Virus record (IMG/VR): IMGVR_UViG_3300035498_001325
Source: an uncultured virus (IMG/VR IMGVR_UViG_3300035498_001325)
Taxonomy: Duplodnaviria; Heunggongvirae; Uroviricota; Caudoviricetes
Reading direction: 5' to 3' (one strand)
DNA length: 64,000 nt
Shown: in pieces, positions 39,764 to 50,933 of the stretch
How the letters are laid out: each line of letters starts with the position of its first letter
Numbering within the stretch: position 1 is the first letter of the stretch
Translations under genes and position numbers: made by a program
The notes under the pieces: generated by a model
What the model was told of the DNA's origin: nothing
Database searches by the model: none
What the model saw: only the letters and a program-made list of their open reading frames with translations

Positions 39764-42700
39764 TTGAGTTCAGATATATCTAATAATTTTAATAATCAAA
39801 TAAAGAAAACAAAAAATCTATATCTTAACTCTACAAGGTTTAGATTTCAAGATTCAAGCGACAACGCAAGTTTAAATAATGTACATATTGGTGATACATT
39901 ATATGTTTCTAATATTAGTTCAAATATAAGTAATTCAAGAGGAATACCTCAAAATGAAATACAAATTGCAGACCAGCAAACATTACATATATTAAACAAT
40001 TTAACAGTTAATAATGTTTCTACTTTTGTTAAACAAGGTACGGGGAATAATGACAGTCCAAAGCCAACATTAACTATAAATACAGCAGACGATATAATAA
40101 CAGCAACAAATTTAATGGCAGAAAAAATAACAGCAGACGAAGCACAAATAGGTAAATTATTTGTTACTGATTTAATACCTGATAAATTAAGAATAAAGCA
40201 CATATATAGTTTAAATTCAGAAACTCCTATCGCTTCTACTTATGGTGCATATAGCAGTAATACGGATTATACAGACCAACTTAAATTATTGACTTATGGT
40301 TTGTATGAGTGTAGTGGAGATTTATGGGTTTATAGCGGTGAAAAGTCAGAAAATGGTATTCATTTTGGTACTAATGGTACAAGCGTACAATTATCTTCTA
40401 ATCAATCATTGCTTTCTATATGGAAAGATAATACACATACAGCAAGATTAAGTACAACAGGTATAAAAATTCAAAATAACGCAGGAGAAAACGATATAAC
40501 ATTAAACTTAAATGTAGGTTATCCAATGGATAATGGTAATGCGGATAATGTGATTGATTATCAAGATAAATTACAAGATAAAAGTTTGACCATTGGTAAA
40601 GGATATATGAATTCTTATCATATTGATAGTAAAGCTCATACTTATTTTAACATAAGCGAAGAATTATGCAACGGGCAATTAACTATAAATGCAGATAATA
40701 ATACTATTAATTCAGGTTCAAGAATGATTCAAATTTCTCCTAATGGGTTAAAATTAAGAAATCCCGTAGATGAAACAATGATTGATTGGGCTGCTGAAAA
40801 TGGTTTTAATCTTAATTTTACTACTTTTGGAAAAGGAAGTATGTATATAACAAATGAATGGATACATTATGAAATAAATCCATCAAAAGAGAAACATAGC
40901 ATTATAAACATATATCCATCCTATTTAGATTTTACAATATTATTAAATAATTCTGAGAACTTAGGACAATATCAATTTAATGAAACTGGTTTAGAATCAT
41001 TCACTGATGATAATAAATCTATTGTTGGTTTTAATCAAATTGCAACTAATAATAGCGATTTAACATTAAAGGCAGTTTCAAATAATATAAACTTAGATGC
41101 AGAAGTAATAAATATTAATGGTAAACTTTCTATAAATAACGGGTTAAATGATATAACAATAGGCAATTTGAATAATGGTAGTTTGAGTTCTGATACTATT
41201 GATGTAAATACTTTAAAAGCAAGCAATGGGACAATAAATCAATTACAAGTTACAAGTATTAATGGTGATACGGCATATATTGGTAGTGTAAGTAGTACAA
41301 GTGCTGATACAGAAACTATTTATGTTGATAAAATTACAAGCAATACAAAATTTACAGAATCAGATAATGGTATTCCCGAAAACGAAATACAAGTAGCAGA
41401 AGGACAAACATTCCATATATTAAAAGATTTAGTAGTAGATGGTAAAGCAAAAATAAAAGAAGTGGATATTGAAGATTTAACCGTTGATAAGGTAGAAGCA
41501 AATGAAATATCATTAAGAACAATAACTCCTACAACTATGGCAGTAGGTGCTACTGAATCTGATGAAGAAATTGAAGCTGTATCTGATGAAACTACTACTG
41601 AATTAAAAATTAAAAATGTAGAAAACAAAATGCACGTTATTTCTACTGATGGTATTGAATTAGATAATGATACAAATGTTTCAGGTACATTGTCTACAAA
41701 TAACATAACAATAAGAAATATAAGAAATGCAGATGGAACAGTAATAGCTTCTACTTATGGAGAATATAAAGGAAATAGTTCAGCAAGCACATGGGACAAA
41801 TTATTAACAAGAAATTTATATGAATGTGGTGGTAGCTTACACGTCTATCGTCCTTATTATCAAGGTCAATCTAAACAAAGCAAAGAAGGAATTGATTTTG
41901 ATGGTACTGCTTATGCTCATCTTTATTCCACATATGGTAGTAGTCGCAATGTCGGATTAGAGTTATATAGTAGTACAGAAAGCAACTCACAATATTGTTC
42001 TATTAATTTAGATAGTTACGGACTTACTTCTACCGTTCAATATTCAGGAAACCAATATTCTTATACAAATTTATATTTTGGTGGTGGTATGGGTAGAAAT
42101 GTATTAGATGTTTCACAACCTATAGGCACTTCTGGTCCTAACAATCAATTACGTATAGGTGGCTATGGATATTACAATGAGTATTATAAGTCTGATAGTA
42201 CTGCTTTATGGCATTATTATACTCAGTGGGATAATGGCGAGTTGTATATGAATACAAGCAAATACGCAGGTAGTGATACTGCAACACACGCTATGGCAGG
42301 ATATGCAACACTTAGACCTGATTATTTGCATTTAAACACAGATACTCCTGAATCTTCAAATGTACGAGGAGATTTTTATGTTGAATTTACAAATAGTAAT
42401 GCAATTTTAAAATTAGAAAAAATGAACAAAGTATCATATAGTAAAATATTTGAAATATGCCTCTCTAATGGAATGGGGAATGCTGATGGTGGGCATATAC
42501 AATATTTAAATTACTTTTATGATAAAAATGACAATCTAAATACTTTTGAATTTTATCAAAAAAGCAATGCAGGCGATTACGGTTATTTTTTAAACTATCT
42601 TTCATATGGTTTTGGTAATTATGATACAAATGACGGAACAACAAAATCCTCATATACTTATATATATAAAGATAACATTTTGTATCAAAATGGTATTACA

Positions 42701-44701
42701 TTTAAAACAGGAAAACAAAAAGGCGTAATATCTTCTGATACAGAAGATTATTCTTTATGGGATTCAAATTTTAATGATAGCGATACTTCTTATCAGTCTT
42801 ATTTAATACTTAACAACGATAAAGAGGGTATTACTTCTAATGAAGATAGATTAAAGAAAAATGGAACAATCATTAAATTTATAGGTTCAAATTCTGCTAA
42901 CGCAGCAGGATGGGAAAGTACACAAGATTCTGTTGGATATCCTGATGAAGAACTTGTAACTGGTGGAGATACAATAGCATATATATTTAATCCTGATGGA
43001 TTAGAAGCCTATACTTCAAAAGATACATCTATAGATGAAAACAAACTTACCTTAAAAGGTTTTGATATTATAGATGCTAAAGAGTTTTTAGTAAATGGAC
43101 AACCTTTAACAGTAGGAAGTTCAAACGAAATAAATATAGACCATCTTCAAGTTGATGAAATTTATACTACAACAAAAACAAAAGTAAGTGATGATGAAGA
43201 AGTTGAATATGGAAATAATTTGTCTATTAGTTTTACAGATAATGATAATAATACTGTAAATACAAAATTTAGTGGTAGCATTGAATCTAACGGTTTTACG
43301 TTAAAAGATAGTTCAGGGAAGCCACTTGCTTCTAATTACGGTACATATCAAAGTGGAAATTATGAGAACAAATCTCAACTTTTAACTTATGGTTTGTGGG
43401 AATGTAGTGGTAATTTATATATTTATAGTGGAAGTATTGCAAAAGATACAAATGGAAATTCAATAATAAATTATGGCACAAATAATGCAAATTATATAAC
43501 TTTAAATAGCAATAGTTATTCTTATGGACTGACTATGAATTATGATAGTGGAAATAACTCTGTCTATCTTAATCCTCAACGATTTAATATGTATTTTGGT
43601 GGCGGTTCAAAATTTGACCTTTGCTTTACTAATTCAAATTTGATAACAGTTGAAAACAAAACAAATGATAGTTATAGTTATTGGGGAAATGGTTTTGTTA
43701 ATATGTATCATCCAACAAGCGGTTCAGAGGGTGGTTATGTTTATGAACAATTACAAAACGGACAATTAACAATAGCAAGAAATAATTCAAGCTATTATGG
43801 TGCTGGTTCAAGATATATTCAAATTAAACCTAATTTAATACAAATGAGGTGTGATTCATCTGAAAAAGCAACAATTGATGTTGTTAGCAATGAATATTTA
43901 ATAGATTTTGTAAGTAATAAAGGTGGTTTAATTATTAATGATAATTACATTTATTACAGAACAGATTTTAATCAAACAAATGAATTTATCTTTTATCAGA
44001 CGAATGAAAACTCTAAATACATTTTCACAGGAACAGCAAATGATACTTTTTATGATGATTCTATTTATTTACAACACGATGGAATAATTGCAACTGGTAA
44101 TACCGAAAAATCTATTACAGGGTTTAATACAATAACAACAACAAATGTAAATACAACCGCAATAGAAACAACAACAATAAATGCCCCTGTAACAGAGTCA
44201 ACTGATACAAGTACAACTACTGAAACATTAACATTAAATGCAACTACTGTTAATATTGTAGGCAATCTTACAATTAATGGCGAACCAATATCTAATAGTA
44301 CATCAAACAATACATCTAATAATTCATCATTAAATTATGTTATTTGTGAAACAGATGGGGCAATTAATATAAAAGAAATTACAATAGAAAATTTTACTCC
44401 TGTCAAAGGAAGTACAATCACAATCGAATTTACAAATGCAGGTATAACAGAAGATAATATTAAATTTAATATAAATAATACAGAGTATTCTGTATATGCA
44501 AACGGTACAGAATTAAAGAATAATTTATTAAAGGCTGATAATGTTTATATGTTTATCTATAATGGTACAGTATTTAAATCATTGAATACAATAACAGATG
44601 AAACAGAAATAGAAGATATATTAAGCAATATAGTAGAAGGTTCTGTAAGTAACGAAGAAGTAGTTTCTCAAATGGAAAATTTAATTTCTATTGATGAATA
44701 A
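39764..44701 (+). CDS. Large beta-rich protein with three internal repeats; probable tail fibre or virion protein
   Basis: AS(T/N)YG-Y...LLT..L(Y/W)EC-G-L-(V/I)Y occurs three times; GIP-NEIQ-A twice; S/T/N/G-rich. Confidence 0.65.
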   Translation: MSSDISNNFNNQIKKTKNLYLNSTRFRFQDSSDNASLNNVHIGDTLYVSNISSNISNSRGIPQNEIQIADQQTLHILNNLTVNNVSTFVKQGTGNNDSPKPTLTINTADDIITATNLMAEKITADEAQIGKLFVTDLIPDKLRIKHIYSLNSETPIASTYGAYSSNTDYTDQLKLLTYGLYECSGDLWVYSGEKSENGIHFGTNGTSVQLSSNQSLLSIWKDNTHTARLSTTGIKIQNNAGENDITLNLNVGYPMDNGNADNVIDYQDKLQDKSLTIGKGYMNSYHIDSKAHTYFNISEELCNGQLTINADNNTINSGSRMIQISPNGLKLRNPVDETMIDWAAENGFNLNFTTFGKGSMYITNEWIHYEINPSKEKHSIINIYPSYLDFTILLNNSENLGQYQFNETGLESFTDDNKSIVGFNQIATNNSDLTLKAVSNNINLDAEVININGKLSINNGLNDITIGNLNNGSLSSDTIDVNTLKASNGTINQLQVTSINGDTAYIGSVSSTSADTETIYVDKITSNTKFTESDNGIPENEIQVAEGQTFHILKDLVVDGKAKIKEVDIEDLTVDKVEANEISLRTITPTTMAVGATESDEEIEAVSDETTTELKIKNVENKMHVISTDGIELDNDTNVSGTLSTNNITIRNIRNADGTVIASTYGEYKGNSSASTWDKLLTRNLYECGGSLHVYRPYYQGQSKQSKEGIDFDGTAYAHLYSTYGSSRNVGLELYSSTESNSQYCSINLDSYGLTSTVQYSGNQYSYTNLYFGGGMGRNVLDVSQPIGTSGPNNQLRIGGYGYYNEYYKSDSTALWHYYTQWDNGELYMNTSKYAGSDTATHAMAGYATLRPDYLHLNTDTPESSNVRGDFYVEFTNSNAILKLEKMNKVSYSKIFEICLSNGMGNADGGHIQYLNYFYDKNDNLNTFEFYQKSNAGDYGYFLNYLSYGFGNYDTNDGTTKSSYTYIYKDNILYQNGITFKTGKQKGVISSDTEDYSLWDSNFNDSDTSYQSYLILNNDKEGITSNEDRLKKNGTIIKFIGSNSANAAGWESTQDSVGYPDEELVTGGDTIAYIFNPDGLEAYTSKDTSIDENKLTLKGFDIIDAKEFLVNGQPLTVGSSNEINIDHLQVDEIYTTTKTKVSDDEEVEYGNNLSISFTDNDNNTVNTKFSGSIESNGFTLKDSSGKPLASNYGTYQSGNYENKSQLLTYGLWECSGNLYIYSGSIAKDTNGNSIINYGTNNANYITLNSNSYSYGLTMNYDSGNNSVYLNPQRFNMYFGGGSKFDLCFTNSNLITVENKTNDSYSYWGNGFVNMYHPTSGSEGGYVYEQLQNGQLTIARNNSSYYGAGSRYIQIKPNLIQMRCDSSEKATIDVVSNEYLIDFVSNKGGLIINDNYIYYRTDFNQTNEFIFYQTNENSKYIFTGTANDTFYDDSIYLQHDGIIATGNTEKSITGFNTITTTNVNTTAIETTTINAPVTESTDTSTTTETLTLNATTVNIVGNLTINGEPISNSTSNNTSNNSSLNYVICETDGAINIKEITIENFTPVKGSTITIEFTNAGITEDNIKFNINNTEYSVYANGTELKNNLLKADNVYMFIYNGTVFKSLNTITDETEIEDILSNIVEGSVSNEEVVSQMENLISIDE

Positions 44702-44727
44702 TAAAAGAGAGGGAGAAACTCCCTCTC

Positions 44728-45186
44728 TTATTTTACTTCCATATAATCAATCAAACACTCTAAGTTTTTATATTCATCAATACTTTCAATATCCTTTAAT
44801 ATTAAAAAATAGATTATATCATCATTTATTTTATTTGTAATTTCTTTTATCTTATTATCATTAAATGTTTTAATAAAATTATTTTTTTCTTCCAACAATT
44901 GCTGTTTTTCTTCTTGTATCTGTTTGTCAAATTCCATTCTTTTTTCATTTTCAAATGGAAGAAAGAATTTGTTAGTACGTTTTTCTATTAACTCAATTTC
45001 TTTTTGTGTAGTATAATCTTGAATATTTAATCCATCTTTATATTCTACTCTAAATGCAGAAGCAGAAAAGCAATATGTATTTATTGCTTCTTCTGTATTG
45101 ATAGGAATTATACTATTATATTCTTTTTTATTGTATTGTTCTCTTTCTTCTTCTGTTTTAAATCCTAACAAGCAATATATTGACAT
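44728..45186 (-). CDS. Hypothetical protein, paralogue of 45189..45602
   Basis: Shared LL-F..EE, YKDGL, IDYMEV. Confidence 0.75.
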   Translation of the reverse strand: MSIYCLLGFKTEEEREQYNKKEYNSIIPINTEEAINTYCFSASAFRVEYKDGLNIQDYTTQKEIELIEKRTNKFFLPFENEKRMEFDKQIQEEKQQLLEEKNNFIKTFNDNKIKEITNKINDDIIYFLILKDIESIDEYKNLECLIDYMEVK

Positions 45187-45188
45187 AT

Positions 45189-45602
45189 TTATTCTACCTC
45201 CATATAATCTATAAAACTATCTTTTATATCATCAATATTATCAGTAGTGGTTAATACTACAAAAATATTTTTATCTCCAATTTTATCTAATAATTCATTC
45301 CTTTTATTATAAGAAAAATTATTAACAAAATCATTTAATTCAGTTTCTTCTGTCTTTAAATCATTTAATATTTCCTTACTTAATGTTTTATTTTCTTCAC
45401 GTTCTATTTTTTCTTGGTTTATTTTCTTTTTATATTCTTCTGTTGTCAACCCGTCCTTATAGATATATTTAAAAGGATTTAGACTTACAATATATTGCCG
45501 TATTGCAAAATCTTTATTTGTTTGTATACGACAGTTATAAGTTTCTTGATACGTTTTAGCATCTTCTTCGTTATCAAAAGCCAACAAGCCTGTTATCCAC
45601 AT
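45189..45602 (-). CDS. Hypothetical protein, paralogue of 44728..45186
   Basis: Shared motifs as above. Confidence 0.75.
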   Translation of the reverse strand: MWITGLLAFDNEEDAKTYQETYNCRIQTNKDFAIRQYIVSLNPFKYIYKDGLTTEEYKKKINQEKIEREENKTLSKEILNDLKTEETELNDFVNNFSYNKRNELLDKIGDKNIFVVLTTTDNIDDIKDSFIDYMEVE

Positions 45603-45661
45603 AATTTTTCCACCTTTTTTATATATTTTTTATTTATAAAATAAAAAACAATAAACTTTTA

Positions 45662-48082
45662 ATGTTAATAAAAGAAGGTGAAAAAATGAATAGTGTTGTA
45701 ACAAAATATTTTGATGAATTATCTAATCAGAAAGATAAATTAGTAGATAATTTAAACACTATGGGTGTTGAAGCCGATAAAACAGAAAAATTTAATACTT
45801 TAATAAGTAAAGTAACTGATATAAAAATGTCTACAAATGATAATGAAGAAGATTATGTAGGTGAAATGATTTCAGGTGATTTAGTAAGCATAGAAAATAA
45901 AAATGTAACAAGGGTAAGAGATTGGACTTTTTATAGTGATGCTACTATACAAAACGTAAGTTTTCCAAACGCTTCTACTATTGGATATAATGCTTTTTAT
46001 AGTTGTACTCATTTAAAAACAGCAAATTTTAGTAATTGTACTACCATTAATTCAAGTGCTTTTTATTGTTGCTATCAATTATCAGAAACATCTTTTCCTA
46101 ATTGTACGACAATAAGTTCATCGGGGTTTTTTAGTTGCTTTAGTTTGCAAAGTGTTTCCTTTCCAAAATGTGAAACTATTAATACTTATGCCTTTTGTAA
46201 TTGTTGTAGCTTACAAAATGTTTCTTTCCCTGTCTGCACTTATATTAATGATTTTGCTTTTTATAATTGTCAAAGTTTAAAAACAATAGAATTGCCTAAA
46301 ACATCTTATATAGGAAATTCTGTTTTTCAAGGGTGTTATAGTTTATCTTATGTTGATATAGATAATACAAACTATATTGGTGATTATAATTTTTATAATA
46401 ATGGTGCATTAAAAAGTATAAGAATGAAAAACGCTTCATACATAGGTACATCTGCATTTTATTGTAATAGTAATTTAGAGGGTGAAATAAATATACCTGA
46501 TTGTAAAACTATTCGTGCTGGTGCTTTTTATAATTGTAATAAAATAACAAATGTAATTGATGATAGTGTTACAAATATAGAAACTATTGCTTTTTATAGT
46601 TGTAGTTCTTTAATTTCTTTATCATTTCCTAATGTTTCAGTTATTGGAAACTCGGCATTTCAAAATTGTACTAATTTACAAACTGTAAGTTTCCCCAGTT
46701 TAGAACGTATTTCGGTTTTTACTTTTTGTAATTGTTATAGTTTGAAATCAGTAGCATTACCTAATGTCTCAATAATATATTCAAATGCGTTCTTGAATTG
46801 TACAACACTATCACAAATATATTTTGAAAATTGTACACAAGTATCTGATTATATTTTTACTAATTGTCCTAACATAACAAAAATTACAGACAAAGAATTT
46901 CCTAATTTAAAAACTTTAAGTCAAAATTTTTTATGGTGTTCTACTAATTCCACTCAATATAATTATATTGAAGAACTTTCATTACCAAAAGTAACAGGCA
47001 TCCCACAATATTTGGCTCAAAATGCAATTTTTTTGAAAAAAGTAAGTTTACCTCTTGCTTCAACAATGGGAAACGCCCCTTTTTCGGGATGTTATAATTT
47101 AAAAGAAATAACAATTCCAAATGTTGCTAACATATTAACGTCCGCATTTTGGAAATGTTCGAGTTTACAATCAGTTTTTCTTCCTAAATGTAGTATATTG
47201 TATAATTATGCTTTTAGTAGTTGTTGGAATCTTGATACTGTAATATTGGGCTGGCAGGGAAGTAACTTTATTCTCAGTGGTACTCAAGCATTTACTTATA
47301 CTCCAATGTCGCTTTCAACCTATACGAGAGATGGTGAAAATATTGGTTGGGGAAGTATATATGTATTACCGTCATTGGTTTCAATTTATCAAGGAATAAC
47401 AAATTTAAGTATATACAAAGATAGAATAACTTCAATGACTGATGAAATGATTGAACAATATAATGATTATATGTCGAATATATCAATATTGTATTCAAAT
47501 ATGTTTTCTAATGCTAATTTATTAAGTGAATTTAATTTACCTAATTATAGTGGTAGTATTTATTATCAAGCCTTTACAAATTGTGTTAGTTTATCAAAAA
47601 TAAACATTCCAAACGCAACATACATAGGAAGTGGTGCTTTTATGTCTTGCAAAGCGTTAAAATACGCATATTTCCCAAAAGCAATAGAAATAGGCAGTAA
47701 CGCTTTTAATAATTGTGCTAATTTTTCAGCAAACGTATATGGTGGATTAAGTTTTGCTTATTTTGATAACATCAATACAATTCAAACTAATGCTTTTTAT
47801 ATGTGTTCTGCTTTATCGAAATTAATAATAACAAATAGTTCTATGTGTGTGTTAAAACATAGTAACGCTTTTGTTGCTTCTCCTCTTTCTAATTCTACCT
47901 ATTTAGGAACATATGGTAGTATCTATGTACCGTCTGATTTGGTTGATACATATAAATCAGCAACATATTGGTCACAATATAAAAACAGAATAACTTCTAT
48001 TACTGATGAAATATTAGAGGAAGTAAATAATGTTATTAATGGAATAGAAACAACATCAGAAGAAGAAAACTCAGAAGAATAA
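45662..48082 (+). CDS. BspA-type leucine-rich repeat protein
   Basis: Many ~22-aa I...AF..C..L..V-FP repeats; GSIYVP motif twice. Confidence 0.88.
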   Translation: MLIKEGEKMNSVVTKYFDELSNQKDKLVDNLNTMGVEADKTEKFNTLISKVTDIKMSTNDNEEDYVGEMISGDLVSIENKNVTRVRDWTFYSDATIQNVSFPNASTIGYNAFYSCTHLKTANFSNCTTINSSAFYCCYQLSETSFPNCTTISSSGFFSCFSLQSVSFPKCETINTYAFCNCCSLQNVSFPVCTYINDFAFYNCQSLKTIELPKTSYIGNSVFQGCYSLSYVDIDNTNYIGDYNFYNNGALKSIRMKNASYIGTSAFYCNSNLEGEINIPDCKTIRAGAFYNCNKITNVIDDSVTNIETIAFYSCSSLISLSFPNVSVIGNSAFQNCTNLQTVSFPSLERISVFTFCNCYSLKSVALPNVSIIYSNAFLNCTTLSQIYFENCTQVSDYIFTNCPNITKITDKEFPNLKTLSQNFLWCSTNSTQYNYIEELSLPKVTGIPQYLAQNAIFLKKVSLPLASTMGNAPFSGCYNLKEITIPNVANILTSAFWKCSSLQSVFLPKCSILYNYAFSSCWNLDTVILGWQGSNFILSGTQAFTYTPMSLSTYTRDGENIGWGSIYVLPSLVSIYQGITNLSIYKDRITSMTDEMIEQYNDYMSNISILYSNMFSNANLLSEFNLPNYSGSIYYQAFTNCVSLSKINIPNATYIGSGAFMSCKALKYAYFPKAIEIGSNAFNNCANFSANVYGGLSFAYFDNINTIQTNAFYMCSALSKLIITNSSMCVLKHSNAFVASPLSNSTYLGTYGSIYVPSDLVDTYKSATYWSQYKNRITSITDEILEEVNNVINGIETTSEEENSEE

Positions 48083-48150
48083 TTTTTAAAGAATAAATTT
48101 TTTAATTTCTAATATATAATATAAATGACAATTAAAGAAAGGAAGTAAAT

Positions 48151-49128
48151 ATGAAATTACAAATATTAGTACCTCAGTATAATGAAACTGATGAAATAAT
48201 AAAACCTTTATTAGATAGTATTGAATTACAACAAAATGTGAATTTAAAAAATGATGTAGGTGTTATTATTGTAAATGATGGTTCAGATATAAAATTATCT
48301 GATAAATTATTAAATAATTATTCTTATAAAATAGAATATTATCAAGAAGAACACAACGGTGTATCAGCAACAAGAAATAAATGTTTGGAATATGCAACAG
48401 CAGATTATGTAATGTTCTGTGATGCAGATGATATGTTTTTTAATGCTTGTGGGCTTTATATCGTTTTTAATGAAATAAATGGTGATGGATTTGATAGTTT
48501 GGTTTCTGTCTTTGTAGAAGAAACTAAATTTGAAAATAAACCTATGTATATTAATCACGATATAGATACAACCTTTGTTCACGGCAAAATACATAACAGG
48601 CAGTTTTTAATTGATAACAATATTAAATGGAATAATGATTTAACTATACACGAAGATAGTTATTTTAATTGTTTGTGTCAAAAGTTAGCAAGAGAATTAA
48701 AATATTGTCCTACACCATTTTATCTTTGGAAGTGGAGAGATAATTCTGTTTGTAGACACGACCCCAAGTATATTTTAAAAACATATAACAATATGATTGA
48801 TAGTAATACAGCTTTGGTAAAACAATTTCAACAGCGTAGAAGAAAAGAAGATGCTCAATTCTTTGTTACAACTATGATTTTTGATGCTTACTATACTATG
48901 AATAAAAAAGAATGGTTAGAACAAGAAAATCAAGATTATAGAAATAATGTAGAAAAAAGATTTACTGAATATTACCACGAATTTAAAGATTTATTTAAAT
49001 CTATTGATGAAAAAGTTAAATCACAAATTATTGTAGGTATAAAAAATAGAATGTTTGGTGAAGGTCTTTTCTTGGAAAAAATCACTTTTGATGATTGGAT
49101 TAAACATATATTAGATTTATATAAATGA
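48151..49128 (+). CDS. Family 2 glycosyltransferase
   Basis: VPQYN, VNDGS, GVSATRN, FCDADD, HED. Confidence 0.9.
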   Translation: MKLQILVPQYNETDEIIKPLLDSIELQQNVNLKNDVGVIIVNDGSDIKLSDKLLNNYSYKIEYYQEEHNGVSATRNKCLEYATADYVMFCDADDMFFNACGLYIVFNEINGDGFDSLVSVFVEETKFENKPMYINHDIDTTFVHGKIHNRQFLIDNNIKWNNDLTIHEDSYFNCLCQKLARELKYCPTPFYLWKWRDNSVCRHDPKYILKTYNNMIDSNTALVKQFQQRRRKEDAQFFVTTMIFDAYYTMNKKEWLEQENQDYRNNVEKRFTEYYHEFKDLFKSIDEKVKSQIIVGIKNRMFGEGLFLEKITFDDWIKHILDLYK

Positions 49129-49189
49129 TTTTTTCAATACCTACTATTTTAATTATAGTAGGTATTTTTTATAAAGGACTCGGTGAAAA

Positions 49190-50101
49190 ATGATGAATAA
49201 AAAAATAAATGAGTATTTAACAAGAATTGCAAAAGCAAAAAGCGAAATAATTACATTTTTAAATGGGCTTAATATTAACGTAAAAAATAGCGATAATATT
49301 GAACAAATTACAAGTCAAATTAAAAATTTAAGCATTGTACAAGCTTCAGGGGAAAATTATGATTTTTATAAATATATTCAAAATAATAATTCAGAAGAAG
49401 ATGGATATATTGATATAAATTATATTCCCAAAGAAAACACAATAATTGAAACAACATTTTATTTACCTATAAATGAAAATACTGCTACTGAGGGTTGTTC
49501 TCTTTTTGGAAGTAGAAGTTCAAGTTCTGATAACGATAAATATTATATGTATTTTAATTTAAAAAACAATTATATAAACTTTATGTTTGCAAATAAACAA
49601 ACAGGTAATAAAAAGTTTTCAGCTACAAACGATAATATCTTTACATTAAGAAGTGATACTAATGGGGTTAGATTAAATGGTAAATTGTTCTCATTTAATT
49701 CAACTGATGAAACAGAATTTTCTGCTTCAAAATATAGCATAAGATTATTTTCTGCTTATTCGGCAGATGGTAAAAGTTTACCTATGCCTGAAAGTTGTAA
49801 AATATATAGTTTTAAAATATTTGAAACAGATGGAAATTCAAATGATATTTTAGTTCATTATTATATACCATTTATAGATAAAGAAACAAGTAAGAGTGGC
49901 TTGTTAGATATTCTTACTAATAAAAAATATTATGGTAACTTAGAAACAAATGTAACTTGCAGTAATTCGGCAGATTGGATAAATGGATTACAAACAACTT
50001 CTGATGAAATCGCAGGAGATATTGAAATGCAAGGCGAAATAAATGATTTATTACTTAGTAGCGATACTAATACGATTGAGGTTTTGGAAATAGATGAATG
50101 A
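49190..50101 (+). CDS. Probable structural protein with a lectin-like beta-sandwich domain
   Basis: YID..Y-P, LFGSR, KIYSFKI, P..GL-D pattern seen in phage tail proteins. Confidence 0.55.
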   Translation: MMNKKINEYLTRIAKAKSEIITFLNGLNINVKNSDNIEQITSQIKNLSIVQASGENYDFYKYIQNNNSEEDGYIDINYIPKENTIIETTFYLPINENTATEGCSLFGSRSSSSDNDKYYMYFNLKNNYINFMFANKQTGNKKFSATNDNIFTLRSDTNGVRLNGKLFSFNSTDETEFSASKYSIRLFSAYSADGKSLPMPESCKIYSFKIFETDGNSNDILVHYYIPFIDKETSKSGLLDILTNKKYYGNLETNVTCSNSADWINGLQTTSDEIAGDIEMQGEINDLLLSSDTNTIEVLEIDE

Positions 50102-50930
50102 TTGGTATAAAATTTATAAAGTAGTTGAAGCAGGTGAAATTAGTACATCAGACGATGCAGTAACACAATGTAATAAAATGAAAATTTGGTTAGATAAAAC
50201 TTTTGGTGATATGATTCAAACAGAAGTAACACAAAAACCACATACCTCTGATGAAGCAGATAGTAGTTCTGCTGCTATTAATATTTATCCAAAAGGTATG
50301 AATAAAGTTGTAGGAATTTATTATTTTTTAAATTCTTATAGTAGTAGTAATAACCCTGTTGGATATTCCATAGGAATAAAAACAGGACAATATAGTATGA
50401 ATCATACTGTTAATATTTCTGACAACACAAACGAAAATTCATATTCTTGGTCAAAAAATAAAATATTAAATAATTTAATGTTAAAAGTTATAAAATTAAA
50501 ACAATGTTATATTTTTGATTTTTATCTTAATGATTCTTCTTTTTCTAAGAAAAAGTGTAGATTTATGGTAGCCGATATAAATGGCGAAAAGGTAGCTATG
50601 ATTTTCGTAAATAACACTATATATTATTCATTTACAAATAGTACTGAAACTACTAACTATGGTTCATTTCTTGTTAGTCAATCACTTTCTAATAAAAACA
50701 TAAGTAAGTTTATATTTCCATTCACTGATACTTGGGCAGACGGATTTTATATTACTGATAACATTATTGATGATAATAAACCATATAAATTAAATGGTAA
50801 AACATTCATTGATATATGTGGGGCTAATATGTATCGTGGAATTGCTGTCGAGGTAATTGAAGGGGATAATGAACTATTATATAATTCTATCGAAGAAGAA
50901 AAATTAAATAGTGAAAATGAAGAGGGATAA
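50094..50930 (+). CDS. Hypothetical protein, tandem paralogue of 50934..51764
   Basis: Shared DWYK-Y, NIYPKG, LKQCYI, FP-TDTW, IDICG. Confidence 0.8.
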   Translation: MNDWYKIYKVVEAGEISTSDDAVTQCNKMKIWLDKTFGDMIQTEVTQKPHTSDEADSSSAAINIYPKGMNKVVGIYYFLNSYSSSNNPVGYSIGIKTGQYSMNHTVNISDNTNENSYSWSKNKILNNLMLKVIKLKQCYIFDFYLNDSSFSKKKCRFMVADINGEKVAMIFVNNTIYYSFTNSTETTNYGSFLVSQSLSNKNISKFIFPFTDTWADGFYITDNIIDDNKPYKLNGKTFIDICGANMYRGIAVEVIEGDNELLYNSIEEEKLNSENEEG

Positions 50931-50933
50931 AAA